Positions 8,125 to 15,659 of a DNA stretch of 32,000 nt are shown one piece after another. Source of the stretch: Halalkalibacterium halodurans (GTDB lineage: Bacteria; Bacillota; Bacilli; Bacillales; Bacillaceae_D); the NCBI RefSeq assembly GCF_004376175.1, contig NZ_SNUY01000013.1:756-32755 (forward strand), written 5' to 3'. The position numbers and the translations under genes are program-made. How positions within the stretch are numbered: position 1 is the first letter of the stretch; each line of letters begins with the position of its first letter. Under the pieces are notes generated by a model. It searched no databases. It was not told the origin of the DNA and saw only the letters and a list, made by a program, of their open reading frames with translations.

Positions 8125-8300
8125 GCCTACAGTCCTGAATTAAATCTAGTGGAAGGGCTGTGGAAGTGGCTCAAATCAGATGTTATTTATAACGTTTTTT
8201 ATTCATCTGTCAAAGAGATTCGCAGGAATGTGCAAGCTTTTATTCGTGAGTTGAACGACACACCTGAAAAAGTCATTGACCGATTGTGTGTGCAATTGTA
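8125..8300 (+). pseudogene. IS630-family transposase, C-terminal remnant (about 58 codons) abutting the IS3 element
   Basis: The translation AYSPELNLVEGLWKWLKSDVIYNVFYSSVKEIRRNVQAFIRELNDTPEKVIDRLCVQL* carries the YSPELNP.E..W motif of IS630/Tc1 DDE transposases. An in-frame TAG lies immediately upstream, and no matching N-terminal part is found left of the IS3. Confidence 0.75.
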
Positions 8301-8330
8301 AAAGATAAATTCAACTTATATATCATGAAA

Positions 8331-8354
8331 AAAGAGCCGTGTTGGCTCTTTTTG
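8331..8354. terminator. Rho-independent terminator (bidirectional) downstream of the small minus-strand gene
   Basis: Stem 8331-8338/8344-8351 (aaagagcc/ggctcttt), loop gtgtt, flanked by A- and T-runs. Confidence 0.75.
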
Positions 8355-8355
8355 T

Positions 8356-8514
8356 TTATTTACGCTCTTCCCCGCCGCGGTCAAGCTTATCTTCAATTGT
8401 CCCTTCCATATAGACGTCCTCCACTTGTTCATGTGTGAGGTCATTCCCTGACATTTTTCCATTGGTTTGCTCTTTCATTGAAACTTGCTCATGCTGTTGA
8501 TCTTCTTTACCCAT
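8356..8514 (-). CDS. Small acidic hypothetical protein (52 aa), possibly spore-associated
   Basis: MGKEDQQHEQVSMKEQTNGKMSGNDLTHEQVEDVYMEGTIEDKLDRGGEERK. The start at 8514 has ggagg 7 nt upstream (8522-8526). The ORF-track start 8571 lacks an RBS. Confidence 0.55.
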   Translation of the reverse strand: MGKEDQQHEQVSMKEQTNGKMSGNDLTHEQVEDVYMEGTIEDKLDRGGEERK

Positions 8515-8544
8515 GATCATTCCTCCATCCATTTTGTTAAAAAA

Positions 8545-8573
8545 TAGTGTGTCACGTATCGGTTGTTCCATTC
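8545..8573 (-). promoter_or_regulatory. Candidate forespore (sigma-G/F-like) promoter for the small acidic protein gene
   Basis: The minus strand reads GAATG (8573-8569), a 17-nt spacer, then CACACTA (8551-8545). This resembles the sigma-G consensus gHATR-17/18-CATxxTA and sits about 20 nt upstream of the RBS. Confidence 0.3.
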
Positions 8574-8724
8574 AATATGAGCAAACGTATATTTTTCCAT
8601 TTCCTTGGCATCTGTACGACCCTTGGAAGATGTGCCGCATAAGATGGTATTACCTTCATAAGTTTCAGCTTATGAGGGACGCCCATAATCATCCAGAGCA
8701 TGCTGGGTGATTTACCTCCTTATG

Positions 8725-8761
8725 AAAAAGAGCACCTCTTAATAAGCGGGTGCTCTTTTTA
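8725..8761. terminator. Orphan terminator-like hairpin with no obvious upstream gene
   Basis: Stem 8729-8736/8749-8756 (agagcacc/ggtgctct) with a 12-nt loop. An A-run precedes it at 8725-8729 and a T-run follows at 8756-8760. Confidence 0.5.
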
Positions 8762-8890
8762 TTGTAGACGCACCCTGAACGGCCTTTACAAAATTCAAAA
8801 TGACTTTTAACTTTTCTTGACAATTTCTCAATATTTTCTTGATAGGATGATAGTAAAGCAATGTTCTAATTCAATTCAGGGGGGATCGGA

Positions 8891-9432
8891 GTGGAGAGAT
8901 CACGTTCATGGATGGTACAAACCGATTGTACATTGTTTCAACTGCTTAATGGGAAACAAGAGGCCATTACGTTCAACCGCTGGATGTCGATGATTACTCA
9001 TCTTGGTGGCGCGATCAGTACGATTTCTACCGTCGTTATCTTAAGCTTATTTTCAGCCGGGCTTATCCAACAAACAGCCTATGCCGCCGTAGCTTCATTG
9101 ATTATCAGTCATTGTATTGTCTTTTTTTTAAAGCATATCGTCAGGCGTAATCGCCCATACCTTGTATGCCGAGCGCCTTTGTGGCAAAAAAACCGTTAAA
9201 AGATCCTTCCTTTCCTTCTGGACATACGACGGCTATTTTCTCCGTTACGACACCGTTCATGATCTTATCCCCACTCTTGATTATGATCTTGTTACCCCTT
9301 TCTTTCCTTGTCGGCTGGTCACGAATCCGTTTAGGGCTCCATTACCCTTCCGATGTCCTAATCGGAGCGATCATCGGTTATATTTGCGGCTTGTTCTCAT
9401 ACCTTTTCTTTTCATCGACCGGAGCTGTGTGA
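8891..9432 (+). pseudogene. PAP2-family lipid phosphatase (BcrC/PgpB-like), split by a frame shift near 9160-9195
   Basis: ORF 8891..9199 carries motif C1 (KHIVRRNRP). ORF 9166..9432, in the -1 frame, carries C2 (PSGHT) and C3 (SRIRLGLHYPSD). One extra A in the A7 run at 9186-9192 would fuse them (..PLWQKKPLKDPSFPSGH..). Confidence 0.8.
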
Positions 9433-9458
9433 GTAGAAATGAATGAGTGGGGGGATTT

Positions 9459-10607
9459 ATGATGAGAATTGCTTTGTTCACCGATACGTATATACCACAA
9501 GTGAACGGTGTAGCACGAACGATAAAACGACTTGTGGATCATTTAGAAAAACGGCAAGTCGAATACGCTCTATACATGCCAGAAACGATCGAGAAGCTTG
9601 ACCGCTTTGAGTCAAACATTCATACGTTCGCAAGTTTGCCGTTTTTTTTGTATCCAGAATGTCGCATTGCATTGCCGAACGTATTCAAGCTACGTCAGCA
9701 ACTAACTTCATTCCAGCCTGATTTACTCCACATCGCCACCCCATTTAACGTCGGTCTGTCAGGGTTACAGCATGGAAAGAAATACGGAATTCCGATGGTC
9801 GGTTCCTATCACACCCATTTTGATCACTACCTTCATTATTACAAGCTACAGTTTATGAGCGCTTGGCTTTGGAAGTATGTGAAGTGGTTTCACCAACCTT
9901 TTGAAAGGACGTTTGTCCCATCAGTTGAAACGATGAGACACTTGCAAAAGCATGGGTTCCAACGGCTAGCCCTTTGGACACGTGGAGTGGATTGCGAACG
10001 ATTCCACCCTAAGCAGCGACACCGCTCCTACGCCAGCAATTTATTGCCAAAAGACAAAGCGGTGCTCTTATATGTTGGCCGGCTTGCGCCGGAAAAGGAT
10101 CTCGCTACATTGGTTGCTATCATGGCACAACTCCCACAGGAACTTAATGAAAAAATACAATGGATGATCGTTGGGGATGGGCCATCTTTGCCCGAAATGA
10201 AAAAACAATGCCCTACCAATGTGACGTTTACTGGTTATTTGAAAGGTGAGGAACTAGCGGCAGCCTATGCGAGCGCTGATCTGTTTGTCTTCCCGTCGGT
10301 AACCGAAACATTCGGCAATGTCGTACTTGAGTCTTTCGCTTCTGGTACCCCGGCTATTGTAGCAGACCGGGGCGGTGTAACCGAGATTGTCGAACATGGG
10401 AAGTCAGGAATGATCTGCAAAGCAGGAGACGTCCATTCATTCATTCAAGCAATCGAACATTTGCTCATGAACCGATCGAAGCGAGCGGAAATGGGCTATG
10501 AGGCGAGGCAGTATGCCTTGACCCAATCATGGGAGCGGATTTTTGACGATCTACTGGAGCAATATGAACAAGTGATCTTCCATCATAAAAAAAGACATTT
10601 GGCTTAA
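9459..10607 (+). CDS. Glycosyltransferase family 4 (GT-B, Glycos_transf_1)
   Basis: N-terminus MRIALFTDTYIPQVNGVARTI and C-terminal E-X7-E region (..ETFGNVVLESFASGTPAIV..). The ATG at 9459/9462 is preceded by gggggga. The ORF-track GTG is at 9447. Confidence 0.85.
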   Translation: MMRIALFTDTYIPQVNGVARTIKRLVDHLEKRQVEYALYMPETIEKLDRFESNIHTFASLPFFLYPECRIALPNVFKLRQQLTSFQPDLLHIATPFNVGLSGLQHGKKYGIPMVGSYHTHFDHYLHYYKLQFMSAWLWKYVKWFHQPFERTFVPSVETMRHLQKHGFQRLALWTRGVDCERFHPKQRHRSYASNLLPKDKAVLLYVGRLAPEKDLATLVAIMAQLPQELNEKIQWMIVGDGPSLPEMKKQCPTNVTFTGYLKGEELAAAYASADLFVFPSVTETFGNVVLESFASGTPAIVADRGGVTEIVEHGKSGMICKAGDVHSFIQAIEHLLMNRSKRAEMGYEARQYALTQSWERIFDDLLEQYEQVIFHHKKRHLA

Positions 10608-10677
10608 GGAAAGCGCTGACGACATGAAAATGCACGACTTCCGACCATTGGAGAAGCTATCATAACATGCAATAGTG

Positions 10678-10726
10678 AATAAGAGTGGCACCTACTGAAC
10701 GACGGTGGGTGCCACTCTTATTTTTC
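10678..10726 (+). terminator. Rho-independent terminator of the GT4 gene
   Basis: 15-bp stem 10678-10692/10708-10722 (aataagagtggcacc/ggtgccactcttatt) followed by ttttt. Confidence 0.85.
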
Positions 10727-10730
10727 AGGT

Positions 10731-10956
10731 GTAGATTTTATACTATAGGGGTTGATTGTTTCAAAAAACACTCGCATGCCGCGAGCAGCAAATGGCATTG
10801 TTCGATTATCTGATCCATCCATTTTAAAAGCAAATTTGGTGTAATGATAAAAAATAGAAGGAATGTGTATTATTTTAGAATCGCCTCCCATGAATCAACA
10901 GAAAAAGTTCAGATCATTAAAATAAAATGATCCGAACCTTTTTGATTACGTTTGGC
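10731..10956 (-). repeat. Dispersed intergenic repeat, copy A (inverted relative to copy B at 28407-28603)
   Basis: The reverse complement starts gccaaacgtaatcaaaaaggttcggatcatt..aatgatctgaactttttctgttgattcatggga and ends gcgagtgttttttgaaacaatcaacccctatagtataaaatctac. Both blocks align with copy B at roughly 75-80% identity by eye. It starts at the base after the mqnD stop. Confidence 0.75.
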
Positions 10957-11796
10957 TTATTTTTCTCTTAACCATTCTTTTTTAAAGGCAGGGACAAGAT
11001 CTTCCTCCGCCGCTCGTACTAGTAATGATTCAACGGCTCGATAACCATCTTCCCCTAAGTCCTCGGTAAAAGTATTTACATAGAGATCGATATGTGCCTT
11101 GGCCACTTCTTCAGCCATCTCTTGTGCATGGCTCATCACATATTCTTTCGAAGCGTCTGGGTGAGCCCAAGCATATTGAACAGATTGCTTAATCCAGCTT
11201 TGAATTGCTGAAGCATCTAGTCCTCGCTTTGCAATAATCGCACCGAGCGGGATCGGAAGACCTGTATCTTCCTCCCACCAGCTTCCTAAGTCTTGAAGCA
11301 TCGTCAGCCCGTATGCTTGATATGTAAACCTTGCTTCATGAATAACAAGACCGGCATCGACCGTTCTATTTCGCACAGCAGGCATAATTTCATGAAACGG
11401 CATGACGACAATTTTCCCTACTTTGCCGTCGAGCTGCTGCGCTACCCAAAGACGGAATAGCAAGTAGGCTGTCGACCGCTCACTAGGAACGGCAATCGTT
11501 TTTCCATTTAGAATGTTTGGATCGTCTCCCGTTTTCCCCTTCGTCAGTAATAAAGGCCCACAGCCTCTTCCTAAGGCTCCACCACATGGAATCAATGCGT
11601 AATCCTCTAAAACGTACGGCAAAGCGGCATAGGAGATTTTCATCACTTCCGGCCCTTTGCCTTCAGCAGCCAAATGATTTGTAATATCGATATCAGCGTA
11701 GGTGACATGTAGGGGTGGGGCCCCTTGAATATGCCCATGAACCCAAGCGTGAAAAACAAACGTATCGTTCGGGCATGGCGAAAAAGCAATGTTCAC
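10957..11796 (-). CDS. mqnD: 1,4-dihydroxy-6-naphthoate synthase MqnD (futalosine pathway)
   Basis: The motif ..NIAFSPCPNDTFVFHAWVHG.. is the MqnD/VitK2_biosynth signature. The proposed GTG start at 11796 overlaps the mqnB stop (GTGA), with ggagg 8 nt upstream. Alternative starts are ATG 11811 and the ORF-track start 11862. Confidence 0.85.
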   Translation of the reverse strand: MNIAFSPCPNDTFVFHAWVHGHIQGAPPLHVTYADIDITNHLAAEGKGPEVMKISYAALPYVLEDYALIPCGGALGRGCGPLLLTKGKTGDDPNILNGKTIAVPSERSTAYLLFRLWVAQQLDGKVGKIVVMPFHEIMPAVRNRTVDAGLVIHEARFTYQAYGLTMLQDLGSWWEEDTGLPIPLGAIIAKRGLDASAIQSWIKQSVQYAWAHPDASKEYVMSHAQEMAEEVAKAHIDLYVNTFTEDLGEDGYRAVESLLVRAAEEDLVPAFKKEWLREK

Positions 11797-12446
11797 GTAT
11801 AATCCCTCCATAAGACGCTTGAAACTTTTGTTAATAAACTGAGCGATTCTTTTAATTTCCAAGCCTCGCGATTTCTCGGACCTACCTCATTAGAAATCGA
11901 GCGAATCTCCAGAAACGGGACGCCGAATGCTTCCGCTGCAGTTCCCACACCAAAGCCCTCCATCGCTTCTGCCACGGCATCAGGATAACGCTTGATTAAA
12001 CGACTCGCTGTCTGTTCTGTCCCCGTTACTGTTGCACGCGTTAAAATCGCTCCTTGATGTACAAATGGATAGGCAGCAAAAAGGGTACTCACCACTTGCT
12101 CCACCATCTCTTGATCGGGTCGTAAATAAATGGAGCCGAATCCGAGATCATCTAAAGGGAGAAAGCCATCGCTTGATTCGGCCCCTAAATCTGCTGCAAT
12201 GAGCGCATCGGCGACAACGAGGGATTCGACGGCGGCCTTTTCTTTAAAACCACCAGCGATCCCCATACTTATGACAAGATCATAGTCCTTGCTTGCTAAC
12301 GCTTTTGCTGTATATGCTGCAGCTGACATGGGACCGACCCCAATGGTCATAACATCCACTTGAGCATCACGACCAAGCCCAGCTTGGATAGCCTTTTGCT
12401 CGGCAGTCACCGAAGTGGCAATCAGCACCTTTTGTTGATTAAACAT
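11793..12446 (-). CDS. mqnB: Futalosine hydrolase MqnB (PNP_UDP_1 nucleosidase fold)
   Basis: ..VLIATSVTAEQKAI..VGPMSAAAYTAKALASKDYDLVISMGIAGGF..EAMEGFGV.. The start is set at ATG 12446 (MFNQQKVL). The upstream extension to 12542 looks non-homologous. The start is uncertain because the aggagg lies 15 nt upstream. Confidence 0.8.
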   Translation of the reverse strand: MFNQQKVLIATSVTAEQKAIQAGLGRDAQVDVMTIGVGPMSAAAYTAKALASKDYDLVISMGIAGGFKEKAAVESLVVADALIAADLGAESSDGFLPLDDLGFGSIYLRPDQEMVEQVVSTLFAAYPFVHQGAILTRATVTGTEQTASRLIKRYPDAVAEAMEGFGVGTAAEAFGVPFLEIRSISNEVGPRNREAWKLKESLSLLTKVSSVLWRDYT

Positions 12447-12658
12447 GGATATGTGCCAGCTCCTCCTTATGTATGTTGTGCCTTTTCTAGTGTAGCGAAA
12501 GTCCATGTTTTTTTCTAGCGACAAACCTTTTCCTCCACTCATACCTAATCCTCAAGACGTACACGTGCATAGACTAGAAATAGATTTAGCGTTACGTTGC
12601 CCCCTAACACATCAGAAAGAAGACGTACAGCATTGACCCAATGGAAGGAGGTGCCTTC

Positions 12659-12802
12659 ATGGGATACTACTATGGCTATCCCCCTTTTCCACCCCCATAT
12701 CGTGGTTATTGTCCTCCCTATGGAGGAGGCGGATTTGCTTTTGCGCTCATCGTTGTTCTCGTCATCCTGCTCATCATTCTTGGATGCGGCTGGTTTAAAT
12801 AA
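12659..12802 (+). CDS. YjcZ-like tiny sporulation membrane protein (47 aa); too short for the ORF track
   Basis: MGYYYGYPPFPPPYRGYCPPYGGGGFAFALIVVLVILLIILGCGWFK has the G/Y/P-rich head plus FALIVVLFILLII-type tail typical of the YjcZ / tiny_TM_bacill family. A perfect RBS (ggaaggaggtg) lies 6 nt upstream and a terminator follows directly. Confidence 0.75.
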   Translation: MGYYYGYPPFPPPYRGYCPPYGGGGFAFALIVVLVILLIILGCGWFK

Positions 12803-12803
12803 C

Positions 12804-12843
12804 AAAGAGCGCTCATTGCTGGGCGCTCTTTGTTTTGTTTTTT
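12804..12843 (+). terminator. Rho-independent terminator after the YjcZ-like ORF (shared region with the convergent HAD gene)
   Basis: Stem 12804-12812/12823-12831 (aaagagcgc/gcgctcttt) followed by a T-rich tail (gttttgtttttt). Confidence 0.8.
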
Positions 12844-12873
12844 AGAAAACGGGAATCGTCATTGGTACGATGA

Positions 12874-13674
12874 TTATAAAATACGGGGAACCAAGCCGAG
12901 CTTTTTTAGTCCGTTAGACACCCCATCACATTCTACACTAGTCGTCTGGTCATCAGCATAGGCAAGCAAGTCAGGATGAGCATTCCCCATCGCGATACCG
13001 ACACCGACATACTTAAGCATTTCCTTATCATTCATCCCGTCACCAAAGGCCACTGCTTCTTCCTTTTCTATCCCTAAATAAGAAAGGGTTTGTTGGACAG
13101 CTATTCCCTTATTTGTCGTATCTCGAATCACGTCGTATGCATGAGCCTTCAGGTCGCCAACGTTGACTGAAGCTAGATGGATACCATTACATGCTTCATA
13201 AGCGGCAACATCCTCTCTGCTCACATTGAGTAAAGTCATCCCTAAAACTGGATCTTGCTTTTTCGGATCGTAAACCCGGTTATGCTTCAAATGAAAGATT
13301 CGGATAAATTGTTGCATGCAGCTCGTATCTATTCCTGTGAGCACATTCTCTTCGTTCGTATACATAACCACTTCATGGTTTCTTTCTCGTGAAATCGTCA
13401 ATAGACGATCTAGCGTTTTCGGTTCAATTGGCTGCATCAAGATGTCCTTCCCATTATAAATCGCATATGCACCATTGTAGCCGATAAAGGAATGAACCTT
13501 TAATTGCTCTGCTAATTCAGAAATCTCGTGCAACGGTCTGCCTGTCGCAAGAAACACCTCCATTCCTTGCTCCTGAACATGGCGAATCGCGACCTTTGTT
13601 GACTCCTGCACGGTATCATCTGGTAAAAGGATCGTCCCATCGATATCTAAAAACAACACCTTGTATGGTCCCAT
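12874..13674 (-). CDS. Cof-type HAD-IIB phosphatase
   Basis: Motif I FLDIDGTIL, ATGR, and motif IV GDGMNDKEML are present. The protein is 266 aa. Confidence 0.85.
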   Translation of the reverse strand: MGPYKVLFLDIDGTILLPDDTVQESTKVAIRHVQEQGMEVFLATGRPLHEISELAEQLKVHSFIGYNGAYAIYNGKDILMQPIEPKTLDRLLTISRERNHEVVMYTNEENVLTGIDTSCMQQFIRIFHLKHNRVYDPKKQDPVLGMTLLNVSREDVAAYEACNGIHLASVNVGDLKAHAYDVIRDTTNKGIAVQQTLSYLGIEKEEAVAFGDGMNDKEMLKYVGVGIAMGNAHPDLLAYADDQTTSVECDGVSNGLKKLGLVPRIL

Positions 13675-13946
13675 TTGAAAATTCCACTCCTTTTAACTCA
13701 AAGCCTTCTCTCCTCTTTATTACTTTAACACACCTTTTGACAGTTGACGCTCCTTCCCCTGTTAAATCATGATGAAGACTTTGTTTCGTTCCATTTCAAC
13801 AGTCCCGCACTTGCCTATCGTTCATGTCGGTGGTACGATTTCCATAGATTGCATGTTTATAAGTGTCCAAAGCCCACTAGTTTATTAGGATTTCGGATCA
13901 AGTTTTATAACGAAATATACTAAAATTAAAAGGAGGTGTATCAATC

Positions 13947-14330
13947 GTGTTAAAGTGGCTCCCTTTAGTTGCTAGAATGGTGTTAGGTAGTATTTTTCTC
14001 CTTGCAGGGTTCAACGGGCTTTTTGTTATCTTCGGTCTAGAACCGTTTATAGATACGAGCGAGGAAGCGATGGCCTTGTTTCAATTTGCTTATTTACTTG
14101 TGACCGTTAAAGCCTTGGAGGTCATTTGTGGTATTTTTCTGCTCATGAACCGATTCGTTCCTCTTTCACTCGCCGCCCTGTCTCCTATCACGGTAAACAT
14201 TTTCTTACTTCATGTGTTTCTCGATCACTCATTGCTCCCGTTAGCTTTTCTTCTCATCCTTTGTCAAGGCTACCTTCTCTACATTTACAGACGAAATTTT
14301 TTCACATTGTTGGAAAAGAAACCGCTTTAA
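13947..14330 (+). CDS. Small integral membrane protein (DoxX-like, tentative)
   Basis: 127 aa with four predicted hydrophobic helices. The GTG start has aaaggaggtg upstream. The family assignment is tentative. Confidence 0.55.
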   Translation: MLKWLPLVARMVLGSIFLLAGFNGLFVIFGLEPFIDTSEEAMALFQFAYLLVTVKALEVICGIFLLMNRFVPLSLAALSPITVNIFLLHVFLDHSLLPLAFLLILCQGYLLYIYRRNFFTLLEKKPL

Positions 14331-14333
14331 GCT

Positions 14334-15590
14334 TTAAACCGCCTCTGCCTGCTTGACATCGTTTCGTTGTTTATTCGGTTCAGGGAGAAATAAATTGCAG
14401 ATAGCGGCTACAATCAAAATGACGATAGACATATACAGGGGTACCGTATAGCTGCCTGTCTGTTCATAAAGCAAGCCTGGCACATAAGCCCCTAATGCCG
14501 AACCAACTTGATGGCTAAGAAACAACCATCCGATCATTAGTCCGATGGAGTATCGTTTAAAATACTGTGTCGCAAGAAGCTGTGTCGGAGCAACCGTCGC
14601 AAAGTCAACGAGACCGAACAAGATAGCAAAACCTAACAATAGTAACGGGTCATGGCTATGCACTAAGATCACGAGCGATAAAGCACGTGCTACATAAAGG
14701 AGAAACAAAAATTTACGACTACTCCAACGATCAGCAATGACACCCGAAAGCAAGATTCCCACTATATTAAAACCAGCTAGTAAGCTAACCGCCGCACTCG
14801 TGACACTTGTTGAAAATCCGTGATCGTGTGACAACGGAATGAGATGGGTATCCATTAACCCTGTCGTCGTAAAGCCGCAAATGGCAAAAGGTAACACGAG
14901 AAACCAAAAGGGCCTCATACGAAAAACCGACCAATTGGAAAAAGTGGCACTGTTAGGGGAGGTGTTTGTTTCCTCCTCTTCTCGCACGCCTCCAATCGGT
15001 TCTACTTGTTTTTCTGATGGATGATTGCGCAACAACAGTAGAACGATCGGAAAAACGATGACCGCCAAAAAGAAGCCAAGTATAACAACGGTAGCCTTCC
15101 AATCAAGCCATTGGATCAACATGAGCGACCCAGGCACAAGAATCATTTGGCCGGCACCAAAGCCGGCTTCAATAATCCCGAAAGCAAGGCCTCGCTTTTT
15201 ATTAAACCAGTTCGTAATCACAACAGTCGCGGCCACATTAGACGCCCCACCGACTCCAATAGAGACGACAACACCGTACAGAATAAATAGATGCCACGGC
15301 TGTGTTGCCATTGTCGTCAAAACGAAGCTAACACCAACGAGAAGTGTGCTACAGGACAGGATGAACCGGGCCCCTAACCGATCCACAAGCTTACCGATCA
15401 ATGGCTGAGAGATCCCATAAACAATAAAGCTAAGTGTGGAAATAAGCGAAATGCTTCCACGATCCATCGAAAATTCAGTTTCCCAAGGCTGAACAAAAGC
15501 ACCGAACGATAGGCGAACACCTTGGACAGCTAAAAACGTTAAAAAAGTTACCGCGACAATGATCCATCCATAATGTATTTTTCGTTTCAT
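14334..15590 (-). CDS. MFS transporter (oxalate/formate antiporter-like subfamily, tentative)
   Basis: 418 aa with about 12 TM helices. The N-terminus ([28 protein letters not shown]) and the G..VDRLG.R motif are present. An aaaggag RBS lies upstream. Confidence 0.85.
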   Translation of the reverse strand: MKRKIHYGWIIVAVTFLTFLAVQGVRLSFGAFVQPWETEFSMDRGSISLISTLSFIVYGISQPLIGKLVDRLGARFILSCSTLLVGVSFVLTTMATQPWHLFILYGVVVSIGVGGASNVAATVVITNWFNKKRGLAFGIIEAGFGAGQMILVPGSLMLIQWLDWKATVVILGFFLAVIVFPIVLLLLRNHPSEKQVEPIGGVREEEETNTSPNSATFSNWSVFRMRPFWFLVLPFAICGFTTTGLMDTHLIPLSHDHGFSTSVTSAAVSLLAGFNIVGILLSGVIADRWSSRKFLFLLYVARALSLVILVHSHDPLLLLGFAILFGLVDFATVAPTQLLATQYFKRYSIGLMIGWLFLSHQVGSALGAYVPGLLYEQTGSYTVPLYMSIVILIVAAICNLFLPEPNKQRNDVKQAEAV

Positions 15591-15644
15591 TGCATCTCCT
15601 TTTTCGATAACAATATATTTTGTGAAAATAACCCTTATCCTTTG

Positions 15645-15659
15645 ATCTGATCATCAGAT
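15645..15659. promoter_or_regulatory. Perfect 15-bp palindrome in the MFS / MocR divergent intergenic region (candidate operator)
   Basis: ATCTGATcATCAGAT, 55-70 bp upstream of the MFS start codon. Confidence 0.3.

Noticed and set aside
8513-8710. 65-aa plus-strand ORF (MIIPPSILLKNSVSRIG..).
   Set aside because: It has no RBS and a Trp/Cys/His-rich, unprotein-like composition. Its 5' end overlaps the promoter and RBS of the minus-strand small gene.
8817-8870. Sigma-A promoter for the PAP2-GT4 pair (TTGACA at 8817-8822).
   Set aside because: The -35 is perfect, but no convincing -10 hexamer lies at 16-18 bp spacing (tgatag/gatagg at best), so it is not listed as a feature.
9162-9446. 94-aa ORF in the third frame across the PAP2 gene.
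   Set aside because: The other two frames carry the three PAP2 catalytic motifs. This frame carries none.
10718-10888. 57-codon ORF inside repeat copy A on the minus strand (MGGDSKIIHIPSIFYHYTKF..).
   Set aside because: It has no Shine-Dalgarno sequence. The reading frame is interrupted after 11 codons in copy B, and conservation between the copies is at the nucleotide and structure level rather than the protein level.
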